A stretch of 38,326 nt of DNA, from the IMG/VR virus record IMGVR_UViG_3300048851_000185, positions 1-38,326 of that record, one strand, 5' to 3'. The stretch's first letter is position 1. Every line of letters starts with the position of its first letter. Positions 9,754 through 19,101 of this stretch are shown piece by piece. Source of the stretch: a virus. Lineage: Duplodnaviria > Caudoviricetes. Below the pieces are notes generated by a model. The model saw nothing but the letters and a program-made list of their open reading frames with translations, did not search any database and had not been told where the DNA came from. The translations under genes were made by a program, and so were the position numbers.

Positions 9754-10355
9754 CAGGCGATCTCGGTGATCGTAAAGGACAGGCCCTGCACGCGCGCCGG
9801 GATCATCGTCCACCCGCCAGCATCGCCCGATAGTTTGCCCTCGATCATCGGCACGGCGAACTCGCAGACATCGCCGTCGGCAGGCTCAATGCGGAGCATG
9901 GGGCCGATTGGGATTGCCGCCGTGCCGTCTGCGGCGACCACTGTCTCCTGGCGCACGTAATGCAGGTACCGGCGTTGCGCGTGAACGATCGAGAAGAACT
10001 GTCGGCGACGGAAGGCATAGTTCGGCGTTGCCGCGCGGACATTGAGCACCATCCCAGCCTGATCGGCGCCGTCCACGACGACCTGCCCGACGGGACCGGG
10101 GTAGAAGCCCGGCTGCGGGAAGCGGCACGTCACCGTCTCGCCCGTCATCCAGGCGTCCATGAGCGCTGCGGTCCAAAGCCGTCCATCGGGCTCGGGTTGC
10201 AGGTTCGGAGTCTGGATCGTCATCGACATGCGCGAGCCCACGAACCCGAGCCACTGCTCGATACCGCCGGTGGGCGGGGTTTGCCATCCGCCGAACACGA
10301 CGGGGGCAGGGGCCGCAGACTTCGGCAGCGGCTTGTTGGGGAGGTAGATGGTCAA
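9753..10355 (-). CDS. Distal tail-like protein
   Basis: 200 aa immediately after tape measure; VDGADQAG, IxPMLR, PMIEG motifs; TTGA overlap. Confidence 0.7.
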   Translation of the reverse strand: MTIYLPNKPLPKSAAPAPVVFGGWQTPPTGGIEQWLGFVGSRMSMTIQTPNLQPEPDGRLWTAALMDAWMTGETVTCRFPQPGFYPGPVGQVVVDGADQAGMVLNVRAATPNYAFRRRQFFSIVHAQRRYLHYVRQETVVAADGTAAIPIGPMLRIEPADGDVCEFAVPMIEGKLSGDAGGWTMIPARVQGLSFTITEIA

Positions 10356-13018
10356 TTGCGCCTCCCGAGCGTCCGGCGACGCGCCTTGCCCATTTCCATG
10401 CGCCCCAGTTGCGCGCCGCCCGCCGCGATGCCGGGGGCGGCCGCGCCGATACGTTGGTCAGCGGCATCCGAGACGCGGGCCGTGAACATCGCATCGTTCA
10501 AGCTGATATCGACCTTCACGCGTGAGCCCGCGCCGCTGCCACCATCCATGCGACGCGTGGCGCCGGCGGAGCTGACCCGCGTACCCTTGGGCAGCCAAGC
10601 GCGCTCCGGACCATGCTCGCCGATCAGGGCAGTGCCCCCAGACCAATACTCGGTTCCAGCCGCCAACTTCGGGAGGTACGGCCCGCCGGTCGCGGTCACA
10701 CTGCCGACATTGAGGTCCGCGCCGACGAACGAGGACGACCCGCCGGCAAGCGCTGCGCCACCGCCAAAGAGCTTCGTGAATGCGCCAAGTAACCCACCGG
10801 TGCCCTTCGCGGCGTTACCAAGCGTCCAGTTCGCCAGCATTGTGGCAATGGCGTCCAGTCCGCGCTGTTTGAAGGTATCCATGATGGACCGAGTGCCGCC
10901 GGACATCGCGTCGCGGTAAAAATTGGCGAGATCACGAATCCCATCCTTCCGCTTGTCGTAATCGTCGGACCGCGACTGCACTTCGGCATCACGTTGAATC
11001 TGGATTTGGTTTATCGTGTCGGCGAGGGGATCGTCGGTGCCGAACAATACCTTGAACTGCGCAAGCTGGGCGTCAGTCTGACGCTTTTGCTCCTGATGGA
11101 ATAGCTCCATCTTGTAGCCCGACGCTTGACCGACGGTGAGCTTGCCCGCCGTCTGAAGCTTAGCGATCTTGGCGAGCGACGTAGCGTATTCGTCGGCTGC
11201 CTGGCGGGCTGGGTCAAACTGCTTAACGACCTCGTCGAGATCGTCGTCCAGTTCCTTGTTGGCCTTGGCGAGATCCCGTGCGTCCTTCGTCGCATCGGCC
11301 GACGCGGTGCGCTGCGCCGCGGTGCGCGCCCACTCGACATGCCAATGCCCGCGCTCGGCGAACACCTTCGTCAACCGAACGCCTTCCTCGGCGAACGCAT
11401 CCTTGATCTTCTTCGCGGTGATACCCGCCTGGAACTGAATATCTAGTGCATTGCCGCGCTCGTGTGCGCTGGTACCCGGTTTGGCGACCGGGTTGTCCTT
11501 CGGCTTCCCCTTAGCGATCCAGTCGTCATACAGCTGCTGCTGGCGGGCGGTGCTGCGGTCGGCACTGTTGACCTGCAGGCCAGCGGCTCGTGCTATCGCG
11601 GATGCTTCCGACGACGTGACCTCGCGGCCGTACTGGCGTGCCGTCTCGCCCAGGGCCTTCTGCTTATCCTGTTCGGCCTTCAGCGCTGCGGCGCGGTTGA
11701 TCTCGATCTGACCAAGTTGCCGCGTCAGCGCCGTCGTTACGACGTTGTGGGCCTTTGCCGACTTATCCGCCGCAGCCTGCGCCGCACGGCCCTGCTCGTC
11801 ATAGCGCCGATTGATTTGCGCGATCGGGTCAGCCATCCGCTTTGCGGCTTCGGCAGAAAGCCCCACGCGCGTCCGCTGGACGTCGTCTTTCGCGGTAGTG
11901 ATAGACGCGTCGAGCGCCTTCAGCTGCCCTTCGAGCTCGGTGATCCTAGCTGACGCCGCGGCTACGGTGACATCGGCGCCCTGCGAGCCTGAGCGGGTCG
12001 CAGCCGATCGGGTCGCGCGCACGGTGGTTAGTTCGCCGGCGATCCGTGCCCGCGACGTCTCTAGCGTTTTCAGGTCCTGCTTCGCGCGGATGTTCAGTTG
12101 CTCGGCATTCGTCCGCAGCGACGTGTTCTGCTTATTCAACTCTTCGGTAAGCGCGGCGATATCCGCCCGAGCAGCTACCTCGGTTTTCGAGAACGCGGCT
12201 TTGGCGCGCGAGGCGACGCCTGTCTTCTCAGCGTTGTCCTTGAGTTCCTTCGTCTCCTTCTCAAGCGCGTTCCCGCCCTCGAAGATTTTGGCCACGAGGG
12301 GCGCCAGGAAAGTTAGGGCGACTGTGGCAGCAATCCCCCAGCCGCTCGTCAGGAAGTTGCCGACGGATGCGAGCTTGCCGCCCATGCCTTGCACCGCAAA
12401 TGCCGCCTGGCCGATCTGCTGCGAGAACGCGGTTGCGATGCTGCCCCCGTTGGAGACCTGGACGCTGAAGTCCTGAATCTGCTGGCCGAGCATCATATAG
12501 GACTGCCGCTGCTGGCCGGTCTTCCCGTTCACCATGCCGTGCGCGCCCGACACTGCATCCAGCGCCGCCTGCTCCTGACGAAGCTTGGCGACATAATCGT
12601 CGAGCGAAATGGCGCCGGCGCTGATCAGTGACCGAGCTTCGCTCATCTCGCGGTCGAATCGCTGCTGAGCGCCAAAGGCCGGATCGATCGCGGCGCGCAG
12701 CGCGGTCGCCCGTGCCTCCATCTTCGCATACGCGGCCTCGAACACGGCCGCGGACGATTCCGCGCTCTTCCCGATGTTGTCGCGGACGCCTGCCGCCATA
12801 TCGAGCTTGGTCGGGTTCAGCCCGGGCAGGAGGGCTGCAAGCTTCGACGCCTGCTTGTTGGCGAACTCCATTGCAGCATCGGCGTCGCGCCCTGCCTTCA
12901 CCGCCGACTTCGCCAGGCGGTTGAACGCGGCGTCACCGGTCGTGCCGATGGCGTCGAGATCGGCGACGACCTGCGCCTTGCCCTCGGTTCCAAGACGAAT
13001 AGCGATCTGACGGGGCAT
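10352..13018 (-). CDS. Tail tape measure protein with internal M15-type (LAS) peptidase domain
   Basis: 888 aa Ala-rich helical; GQQIQDFSVQV...AFSQQ motif; internal SAHERGNALD...HWH; C-terminal GEHGPE; GGAGG RBS. Confidence 0.9.
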   Translation of the reverse strand: MPRQIAIRLGTEGKAQVVADLDAIGTTGDAAFNRLAKSAVKAGRDADAAMEFANKQASKLAALLPGLNPTKLDMAAGVRDNIGKSAESSAAVFEAAYAKMEARATALRAAIDPAFGAQQRFDREMSEARSLISAGAISLDDYVAKLRQEQAALDAVSGAHGMVNGKTGQQRQSYMMLGQQIQDFSVQVSNGGSIATAFSQQIGQAAFAVQGMGGKLASVGNFLTSGWGIAATVALTFLAPLVAKIFEGGNALEKETKELKDNAEKTGVASRAKAAFSKTEVAARADIAALTEELNKQNTSLRTNAEQLNIRAKQDLKTLETSRARIAGELTTVRATRSAATRSGSQGADVTVAAASARITELEGQLKALDASITTAKDDVQRTRVGLSAEAAKRMADPIAQINRRYDEQGRAAQAAADKSAKAHNVVTTALTRQLGQIEINRAAALKAEQDKQKALGETARQYGREVTSSEASAIARAAGLQVNSADRSTARQQQLYDDWIAKGKPKDNPVAKPGTSAHERGNALDIQFQAGITAKKIKDAFAEEGVRLTKVFAERGHWHVEWARTAAQRTASADATKDARDLAKANKELDDDLDEVVKQFDPARQAADEYATSLAKIAKLQTAGKLTVGQASGYKMELFHQEQKRQTDAQLAQFKVLFGTDDPLADTINQIQIQRDAEVQSRSDDYDKRKDGIRDLANFYRDAMSGGTRSIMDTFKQRGLDAIATMLANWTLGNAAKGTGGLLGAFTKLFGGGAALAGGSSSFVGADLNVGSVTATGGPYLPKLAAGTEYWSGGTALIGEHGPERAWLPKGTRVSSAGATRRMDGGSGAGSRVKVDISLNDAMFTARVSDAADQRIGAAAPGIAAGGAQLGRMEMGKARRRTLGRRN

Positions 13019-13026
13019 CGGACCTC

Positions 13027-13383
13027 CTATTCGGTGAAATCGTCGGGCTGATCGCCGGACAGGTTGCCGATGATGATCGGTTCGACCGCCGGCAGGACGT
13101 CTGCGAGTAGAGCAAGGTCAACTTTGCGTGCGGTGCCCATGGTCATGATTGCGCCGAAGTCGAGGCCAACGGGAGCGCCCATCACACCAGACCGAAGCTG
13201 GCGATCGCAGGCTGTCAGGACTCTCCAGACGCCTTCTTCGGCCTCTGTCTGCGGTTCCTCGACGATGTACGGGCATTCGTCGCACCGCCGCCCCGTTTCC
13301 GCGGCGCAGGCTTGCTGGCAGTATCGCTGTCCGGCATCGCCGCCGCCCCAGTGCCATTCTGAGAGGCGGCGAAGGCGTTTCCC
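13027..13383 (-). CDS. gpT-like C-terminal part of tail assembly chaperone, reached by -1 frameshift
   Basis: Open -1 frame from slippery G GGA AAC (13383-13377) to TAG at 13027: KRLRRLSEWHWGGG...C..C...GVWRVL...LLADVLPAVE; no own start near its 5' end. Confidence 0.8.
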   Translation of the reverse strand, partial: GKRLRRLSEWHWGGGDAGQRYCQQACAAETGRRCDECPYIVEEPQTEAEEGVWRVLTACDRQLRSGVMGAPVGLDFGAIMTMGTARKVDLALLADVLPAVEPIIIGNLSGDQPDDFTE

Positions 13384-13775
13384 GGCTCTTCCCGCTCGCG
13401 CTCGCGCTGGACGAACGGGAGCACATAGGCGGCATCGAACGCCTCGAAGGTGACGGGGTCCGCAAGCGCCATGGCGAGGTTGTCAGGCGAGAACTCCAGC
13501 GCCTCGCCGGCACCGTCGTCGCTTTCGTCGGCCATCACGCAGACGCCGCGCCAGCCGCGCACGCCTTCGACGATCAGGGCTCGGCTCATGGCGTCACCCA
13601 TTTCCTCAAGCATGTCGATCGCGGAGGTGCCGTCATCGTCCGTATCGGCCGCCGATACCGCCCGCGCAGCGCGTCGCGCGCGCATAAGCATCGAGCGGTC
13701 GATCGGGGCGAATAGAATTTCGGCGCCCATCACGGGGGTCCACTCTTCCCCCTTCGGCTTGCGGACGACGAGCAT
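13215..13775 (-). CDS. Tail assembly chaperone (gpG-like)
   Basis: Between tail tube and tape measure; VxGWxGV motif; contains slippery heptamer. Confidence 0.8.
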   Translation of the reverse strand: MLVVRKPKGEEWTPVMGAEILFAPIDRSMLMRARRAARAVSAADTDDDGTSAIDMLEEMGDAMSRALIVEGVRGWRGVCVMADESDDGAGEALEFSPDNLAMALADPVTFEAFDAAYVLPFVQREREREEPGNAFAASQNGTGAAAMPDSDTASKPAPRKRGGGATNARTSSRNRRQRPKKASGES

Positions 13776-14737
13776 CAGGCGACGTACGACGGGACGTCGT
13801 TGATCAGCGTGACCACGACCGAATTACCCGATGCCGCCTTGGAGCCCTGCCAATTGAAGCTCTGAAGGATGCCGTTTGGGCCGGTGATCGGCTTCTTGGC
13901 CTTGGGCATGAACACGCGCCCCACGACAAAGATCAGGCTGAACGCGCCGAAGCTCCAGCCGAACGACAGTTCCATCGGCGTAGGCGGCGACGACGTCGCG
14001 GCATTGAGCAGCACTTGGTCTTTGAACCGGACGTTCACGGAACCGGACATCTGCGCCATGCCAGGGTCGCTGTCCTCGATGCGACCGTCCGGCTGGATCG
14101 TCTCGACCTTTTCAAGGTTGTTCGAATAGGTGAAGTCGGCACCGACGACGCTGCCGAGCAGCTGACCATCCTTGCGGACGAATCCCACGGCCTGCGGGAA
14201 ACGCGTGGTGGCAAGCGCCGACGGGCTCGTGCTGGCAGTCTCGGTAGCGGGAGCCGTCTCGCCGATGCAGATCAGGCTGCACGTCGCGTTGAGCAGCCCG
14301 GAACGCGACTGCGAGATCCGCAGCTGGTTACCGCGCGCACCGCGGTTGACCGAGAAGGACGGGACCTCAGGATTGCCCACCTCGATCGACATCGACGGCA
14401 GCACGGTCGCGCCCGACTTGAAGACGTGCGTGAACGTGCCGGACGCACCGGTGACCTGTGGATCCCCGAAGAACAGCCGCAGCCATTGGGCGAAGTTGCG
14501 GACATCAACCGGGACAACCATGTCACCGTCGTTGGTCGCGACGTCGGGCGTCGGGTCCTGCATCTCTCGACCCATGCCGAGCAGGTCGCTTTCGATCAGC
14601 GGGCGCTCTTCGCCGAGCGAGTGGCTGACGAGCGGGACATTGAACCAGCCGGAGCTTGGGACGACGCCAGGCGTGGCCTCGAAAGCAGCGACGACCCGGG
14701 CGTTAGAGCCGCGGGCGCGGGTAGGGGCGACGGCCAT
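13775..14737 (-). CDS. Major tail tube protein
   Basis: 320 aa; FEATPG, LPSMSIEVG, YSNNLEKVETI, PITGPNGI motifs of alphaproteobacterial tube proteins; AGGAG RBS. Confidence 0.88.
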   Translation of the reverse strand: MAVAPTRARGSNARVVAAFEATPGVVPSSGWFNVPLVSHSLGEERPLIESDLLGMGREMQDPTPDVATNDGDMVVPVDVRNFAQWLRLFFGDPQVTGASGTFTHVFKSGATVLPSMSIEVGNPEVPSFSVNRGARGNQLRISQSRSGLLNATCSLICIGETAPATETASTSPSALATTRFPQAVGFVRKDGQLLGSVVGADFTYSNNLEKVETIQPDGRIEDSDPGMAQMSGSVNVRFKDQVLLNAATSSPPTPMELSFGWSFGAFSLIFVVGRVFMPKAKKPITGPNGILQSFNWQGSKAASGNSVVVTLINDVPSYVA

Positions 14738-14749
14738 TCGGCTTCTCCT

Positions 14750-15190
14750 TCAGGACAGTTCAGAATCGGTGACGTAGGTGGCGGTGAGCACGAGTTCGGC
14801 GCCGCGGGGCGGTTGCGCCCCCTCGGTGAAGATGTCTTCGCTGCCCGGCGCTGAGATGCTGAGCCAGTCGCAGAGCCCGCCTAGGTGACGGTCAGCCGCG
14901 ATCGCCGCGCCGAACTTCACAAGCATCTTATCAAGCGCTTCCTCGCTGGTGAGCGTGGGCGTCTCGACGGCCGTGAACTCGATTGGGATCCGGTGGGACC
15001 AGTTGTAAGCGAGCGGGCTGAGATCGACCTCAGGCTCGCCGGGGTCTCCCGTACGAATGACAATGCGGCCGTTTGCAGGCACGCGGGCAGGCGCAGCTTC
15101 CTCGCCGTCGAGCCCGACGACCTCGGCAAGCGGCACCGCGACGGCAGTGAGAAGCTTCAGCGCCTTCAGGATGTCGAGCTTCTTGCTCAT
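14750..15190 (-). CDS. Tail terminator-like protein
   Basis: 146 aa upstream of tube gene; GDPGEPEV-LSPL-Y, ADRxLGGLCDW motifs. Confidence 0.75.
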   Translation of the reverse strand: MSKKLDILKALKLLTAVAVPLAEVVGLDGEEAAPARVPANGRIVIRTGDPGEPEVDLSPLAYNWSHRIPIEFTAVETPTLTSEEALDKMLVKFGAAIAADRHLGGLCDWLSISAPGSEDIFTEGAQPPRGAELVLTATYVTDSELS

Positions 15191-15834
15191 TTTGCCCCCA
15201 GACGCTCGGTGAAGCGAGATTCGAAGTTCGCAGCCCAGCGCTGCGCTACGACGTCGAGGTCGAGCACGCGCGGCAGGCGGACACTGGGCACCATGACGAA
15301 CATCAGCACCGGCTTGGGATCACGGCCCTGCGCGCGGCGCCCCTTGGTCGCGACACGGAACCCGCGGCCATTGCGCGCGCCGACGGCGTTGATGAAGGCG
15401 AGCACGCGGCCGGACCGACCACGCTTGAAGAACAAGTCCTGGTTGAAGGCGTTCTCGACTTGGGCGGGGGTCATCTTGCTACTGGAACCACGCCGCCCGC
15501 GCGCGCTGGGCACGTTCTTGGTCGGGATGGCAAGGAACCGGCGCCCGGCGAGCGGCACGATCTGCGCGCCACGCGAGAAGGCGTCGATGATGTCGGGAGC
15601 GTTCGACCAAATATAGCCGGAGGGGGTCACGCTGCGGCGTTTCTCGGGGAAGACGCGGTCGCGCCAGGTGTTCGCCAGACGCTGGCCCATCCCAGCACCG
15701 GTGACCTGTTCCCGCAGTTCCAACAGCGCCTTGTACGTCGTGTCCCGCATGGCGAGCGACGCGGCTTCCGCCAGATCGCCCTCGATGCCGTCCATGAGGG
15801 ACTTCATGTCGAAATCGCCGACGTTGATTCTCAC
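15187..15834 (-). CDS. Neck / tail-completion protein (DUF6441-like)
   Basis: Basic 215 aa; GxGQRLANTWR, FLAIPT, MFVMVPSVRLP motifs. Confidence 0.75.
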   Translation of the reverse strand: MRINVGDFDMKSLMDGIEGDLAEAASLAMRDTTYKALLELREQVTGAGMGQRLANTWRDRVFPEKRRSVTPSGYIWSNAPDIIDAFSRGAQIVPLAGRRFLAIPTKNVPSARGRRGSSSKMTPAQVENAFNQDLFFKRGRSGRVLAFINAVGARNGRGFRVATKGRRAQGRDPKPVLMFVMVPSVRLPRVLDLDVVAQRWAANFESRFTERLGAK

Positions 15835-16145
15835 TCGACCGGGCTTCCGCCAATGGTCGTCGACAGGCCCTCGACGTCGATCATGGGCTCACCGAGCAGC
15901 TTGAACCGGGTCGTGCCAATCCGGACGATTGCACCCTTTTCCGGCTCAACATCTGACTTCCGGATCTCGAAGACGTTCGTGCCCTCGATTACCTGCTGCT
16001 CGCCGAAGCCGACGGCCTTATCCGGCTGGCCGCGAATGACGCGGATAGGCTTCGGGCGCTCGGCACCGCCTTTCGGCGTGTAGAACGCCTCGCTCGACCC
16101 CGGCGCGAAGAACAGGACGTCCAGCGCTGCGGCGAACGGGTCCAC
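15831..16145 (-). CDS. Head-tail joining protein (gpFII-like)
   Basis: 104 aa, DPFAAALDVLF start, position in head-tail block. Confidence 0.7.
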   Translation of the reverse strand: MDPFAAALDVLFFAPGSSEAFYTPKGGAERPKPIRVIRGQPDKAVGFGEQQVIEGTNVFEIRKSDVEPEKGAIVRIGTTRFKLLGEPMIDVEGLSTTIGGSPVE

Positions 16146-16147
16146 GA

Positions 16148-16405
16148 TCAGGCCCTATTCTGCCGGCGATCGCGGATCGCGGTAGCCAGGTCATCCTTCA
16201 CGGCCGCAGGTCCGATGTTGACGCCCTCGACTGCAGCGACCTTGTGCAACTCGTCGACTTTCAGGGAATTGATGTCGTCCGCCTTGGCGAGACCGACCTT
16301 GATCAGGTCGTCTGCTTCGTCCGGAGCAACCTCAATCGAGCCTTCGCTCGGGTAGCGCATGGCACCAGCGACCGGTGCGGCGCCGAGTAGCACGATCTTC
16401 TTCAT
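16148..16405 (-). CDS. Small head-associated protein with C-terminal Rho-N/HeH-like helix pair
   Basis: GGAG RBS; LKVDEL...A...G...KDDL..AI pattern. Confidence 0.65.
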   Translation of the reverse strand: MKKIVLLGAAPVAGAMRYPSEGSIEVAPDEADDLIKVGLAKADDINSLKVDELHKVAAVEGVNIGPAAVKDDLATAIRDRRQNRA

Positions 16406-16424
16406 AGGATCGCTCCAGACAATG

Positions 16425-16490
16425 GACGGACGACGTGTCGCGCACGCCGCCCGTCAGTTTTCACCGGGTAAAGGGGAGGGAACCCCGGTG
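16425..16490 (-). terminator. Two hairpins downstream of capsid decoration gene (attenuator/stabiliser)
   Basis: 13-bp stem 16425-16455 with G.U pairs on - strand; CACCGGG/CCCGGTG stem 16462-16490. Confidence 0.5.
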
Positions 16491-16492
16491 GG

Positions 16493-16825
16493 TTAGGCTA
16501 CGTAGACCAGCTTGGCGGCGCCCGTGGTGGCCGCCGAGGCCGCTCCCTGAGTGGCAACAGCAACCTGCGTATTGCCGGAGGCGGTCGTGGTCAGCAGCTT
16601 GGTCGTCGCATTCCAGTAGAGCTTGATGCCCTGTGTCCACGCTTCGCCCGTCGTCTTGGGAAGCGAGTACTCACCGGTGGTCACGCCTTCGACTGCGGCG
16701 CCGATAGCGGCGTCGTTCGAAGCGACCGCGAAGATCGATCCGACCATGAACGGCGCGCCGGATGTAAGCGCATACGGCGCGATCAACGGGAGGTTATTGG
16801 CTTTCTGCCGGATAAGGTTCTTCAT
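16493..16825 (-). CDS. DUF2190-family capsid decoration/cement protein
   Basis: MKN start, APY-LTSG, GxYxLPK, WTQGxKLYW pattern; follows capsid gene. Confidence 0.85.
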   Translation of the reverse strand: MKNLIRQKANNLPLIAPYALTSGAPFMVGSIFAVASNDAAIGAAVEGVTTGEYSLPKTTGEAWTQGIKLYWNATTKLLTTTASGNTQVAVATQGAASAATTGAAKLVYVA

Positions 16826-16837
16826 TGGTCGGACTCC

Positions 16838-17035
16838 TTAGCTCGCCGGCTTTGCAGCCGGCTTTGCGGACTTGGTTGCCTCGGCATCCTCGATCTCGTC
16901 CTTGTCCAGGGCGCCATTCTTGAGGAGGTGGGCGGCGTATTCGTCGGTAACCGTGAACGGACCCTCGGACGGCGAGCGCGGCACGCCGTTCTGGTCGGGG
17001 ATGAAGACCGTCATGGTCGGCTTGATGAGTTTCAT
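16838..17035 (-). CDS. Small head-associated protein (65 aa), paralog of 16148-16405
   Basis: Start MKLIKP after GGAG RBS; shares R-x-PSEG...V...A..L.K.G. Confidence 0.7.
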   Translation of the reverse strand: MKLIKPTMTVFIPDQNGVPRSPSEGPFTVTDEYAAHLLKNGALDKDEIEDAEATKSAKPAAKPAS

Positions 17036-17097
17036 GGGATCGCTCCAATCGATATGCGAATGGGGCGGCAGTGGCGCCGCCCCGAAGGTCGGCGGGC

Positions 17098-19101
17098 TTA
17101 GTTGCCGGGGTTCTTGTATCCGCCGGCGTAGCCGATGGCCTTCGCGTTGAAGTCGACGCGACCCTTGTACTCGATGCCGTCGACCTCCCAGCCAATACGG
17201 CTGTCGGTGTAGAGGCGATCGGCACCCTGAAGGTAAGCGACCTGGACGACTGCGGCGCGCGCCGGATCTGCGAACAGGTACCAGGCGTTGCCGACGATCC
17301 GCGGCTCGACGATCAGCGTGAGGCTGGTCACCCATGCCGGGACGGCGTCACCGACGCGAGCCGGGTTGATCGTGCTGAGGAACTGGAGTGCTTCGGTCTC
17401 CTTGTCCGGGCCGACCACGAGGTAGCGCGGCACGATATTGGCGGTGTGAACGCCGTCCCGGTTCTTCTGCTTGCGCATAGCTGCGCGAGCGAGGCCGATG
17501 TTGACGACGTCGATCGCGCTGCCGGTGCCGAGGTTGCCGTGACCGACCGAGAACAGTGCGTTCCCGTCGGACATGACGACGTTGCTGTTGATGAGCGCCC
17601 AGAAAGCGTTCGCCTCGTGGATCGATGCACCTTCGCCGATCTTGTCGAGGCGCTCACCGATCAGGCCGAGCTGGTCGTTGATCAGCAGCTGGCGGCTAAA
17701 CGAGAACGCCTTGCCTGCGGTCCACAGCTTGAAGCTGTCGCCGAGGTCCTGGAACGAGCCGTAGGTGTATTCGCCGTTCTCGGCGATCACCTGGAACTCG
17801 TTAGTGCCCACCATGCCGACGATCGGGACGGGCCGGAAGTCGCGGGCCGTGGTTTCGCGGGCGAGCGGGCGCCACGTTTCCTCGAAATCCTCATAGGTCT
17901 GGACGATTCGGATATCGCCCGCGCTTTGCAGGGCGATAGCGAAGTCGCTGGTCGTCAGCGCGCCGTGACGCTGGAAACCGAACGCCGACCCGGCCAGTTC
18001 GAGCGGCCCCATGGTGTGAGTTCGCGTGCCCTGCCGTTCGAGGTACATTCGGGCAATTTCCAGAGCGGAGCGGCTACCGAACATCTCGCCGCCGTCAGCG
18101 GGCTGTGAGCGGCTGTCGGTGATACGGACCGCCAGTGCGCCGGTCATCGCACGGCGAAACTTGTCGCGCTCATCGACCCGAACGATGCCGGGGGCCGTGC
18201 GGCTGTTGTTGATATCGGGCACGCTGTTTCGCTCCGCATAACGGGTGGTGACCTCCGACAGGAGCGTTTCGGCCGTGAACGGCTCGGTCTCGTGGCGGAG
18301 CATAAGTTCGCGCGCATCGGCGTCGCCCAGGCCGCGGCAGGCATCGTTGATGCGAGCCATCGTCATGGCGCCCGAGCGCGTTTCGGTCGTGGGATCGACT
18401 ACGACCAAAGCGTTGGCCGTCTCGTCGGTGTCGGTGGTGGTGATGTCGGTGGCGACCGCGTCGGCCGCCGCCGTATCGATGGCGTCTGCCATGATGTTCT
18501 CCGTTTCTTCGGTGGAGGCGGCGGTGCCGCGAACGACGCAGGGGAAAACCCGCGTTTCGGAGCCGGAGCGCGTCTGCGCGCCAGCGTCGAACCCTACGCA
18601 GACCATGGAAAGCTCAGTTGGCTCCCAATCGGTCGCGAGCATATGTGGCCGCTCGCCGGCTGCTTCGGTGCGCAGCCAGGCGTGGACCTGATAGCCGACG
18701 CTCACATTGCGAATGTGGCCGTCGATAATCTTTTGGTTGATATCGGCGACGTCGGGCGTCGTCGCGAGACTGACGCGCGCGATCCCTTCACCATTGCCGA
18801 CAGAGACGGAGCCGGGAACGACCGAGCCGAGCACTGATTCCAGCGCATAGTCGCGGTGGCTGTTCAGCAGCGGCGCGCCAGCGTTCAGGCGATCAAGCCG
18901 AACAGCGCCAGGCTCGAGCGACAACTCTTCTTCGTAATACGCACCGTCATACCAGTCGAACCGGAGCCCCTTCGAGCCAGTCGTCCAGACGATCTCGATC
19001 GAATTGTCTTCAGCCCGATACGACGCCGGCCGCGTGGTCGCGGCGCGGGTCATCATCGGTGCGGCAGTCTGCCGCTCGCGCGGCTGCACGTCAGCGGTCA
19101 T
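17098..19101 (-). CDS. Prohead protease / major capsid fusion protein
   Basis: N-terminal protease motifs PLLNSH, GHIRNVSVGY, WEPTELSMV; C-terminal capsid motifs TTSDF, ENGEY, INDQLG, WYLFADP, GYKNPG. Confidence 0.93.
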   Translation of the reverse strand: MTADVQPRERQTAAPMMTRAATTRPASYRAEDNSIEIVWTTGSKGLRFDWYDGAYYEEELSLEPGAVRLDRLNAGAPLLNSHRDYALESVLGSVVPGSVSVGNGEGIARVSLATTPDVADINQKIIDGHIRNVSVGYQVHAWLRTEAAGERPHMLATDWEPTELSMVCVGFDAGAQTRSGSETRVFPCVVRGTAASTEETENIMADAIDTAAADAVATDITTTDTDETANALVVVDPTTETRSGAMTMARINDACRGLGDADARELMLRHETEPFTAETLLSEVTTRYAERNSVPDINNSRTAPGIVRVDERDKFRRAMTGALAVRITDSRSQPADGGEMFGSRSALEIARMYLERQGTRTHTMGPLELAGSAFGFQRHGALTTSDFAIALQSAGDIRIVQTYEDFEETWRPLARETTARDFRPVPIVGMVGTNEFQVIAENGEYTYGSFQDLGDSFKLWTAGKAFSFSRQLLINDQLGLIGERLDKIGEGASIHEANAFWALINSNVVMSDGNALFSVGHGNLGTGSAIDVVNIGLARAAMRKQKNRDGVHTANIVPRYLVVGPDKETEALQFLSTINPARVGDAVPAWVTSLTLIVEPRIVGNAWYLFADPARAAVVQVAYLQGADRLYTDSRIGWEVDGIEYKGRVDFNAKAIGYAGGYKNPGN

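Noticed and set aside
13118-13513. 131-aa ORF as the chaperone frameshift partner
   Set aside because: Wrong frame; the -1 frame ending at 13027 has the expected sequence and abuts the tape measure gene
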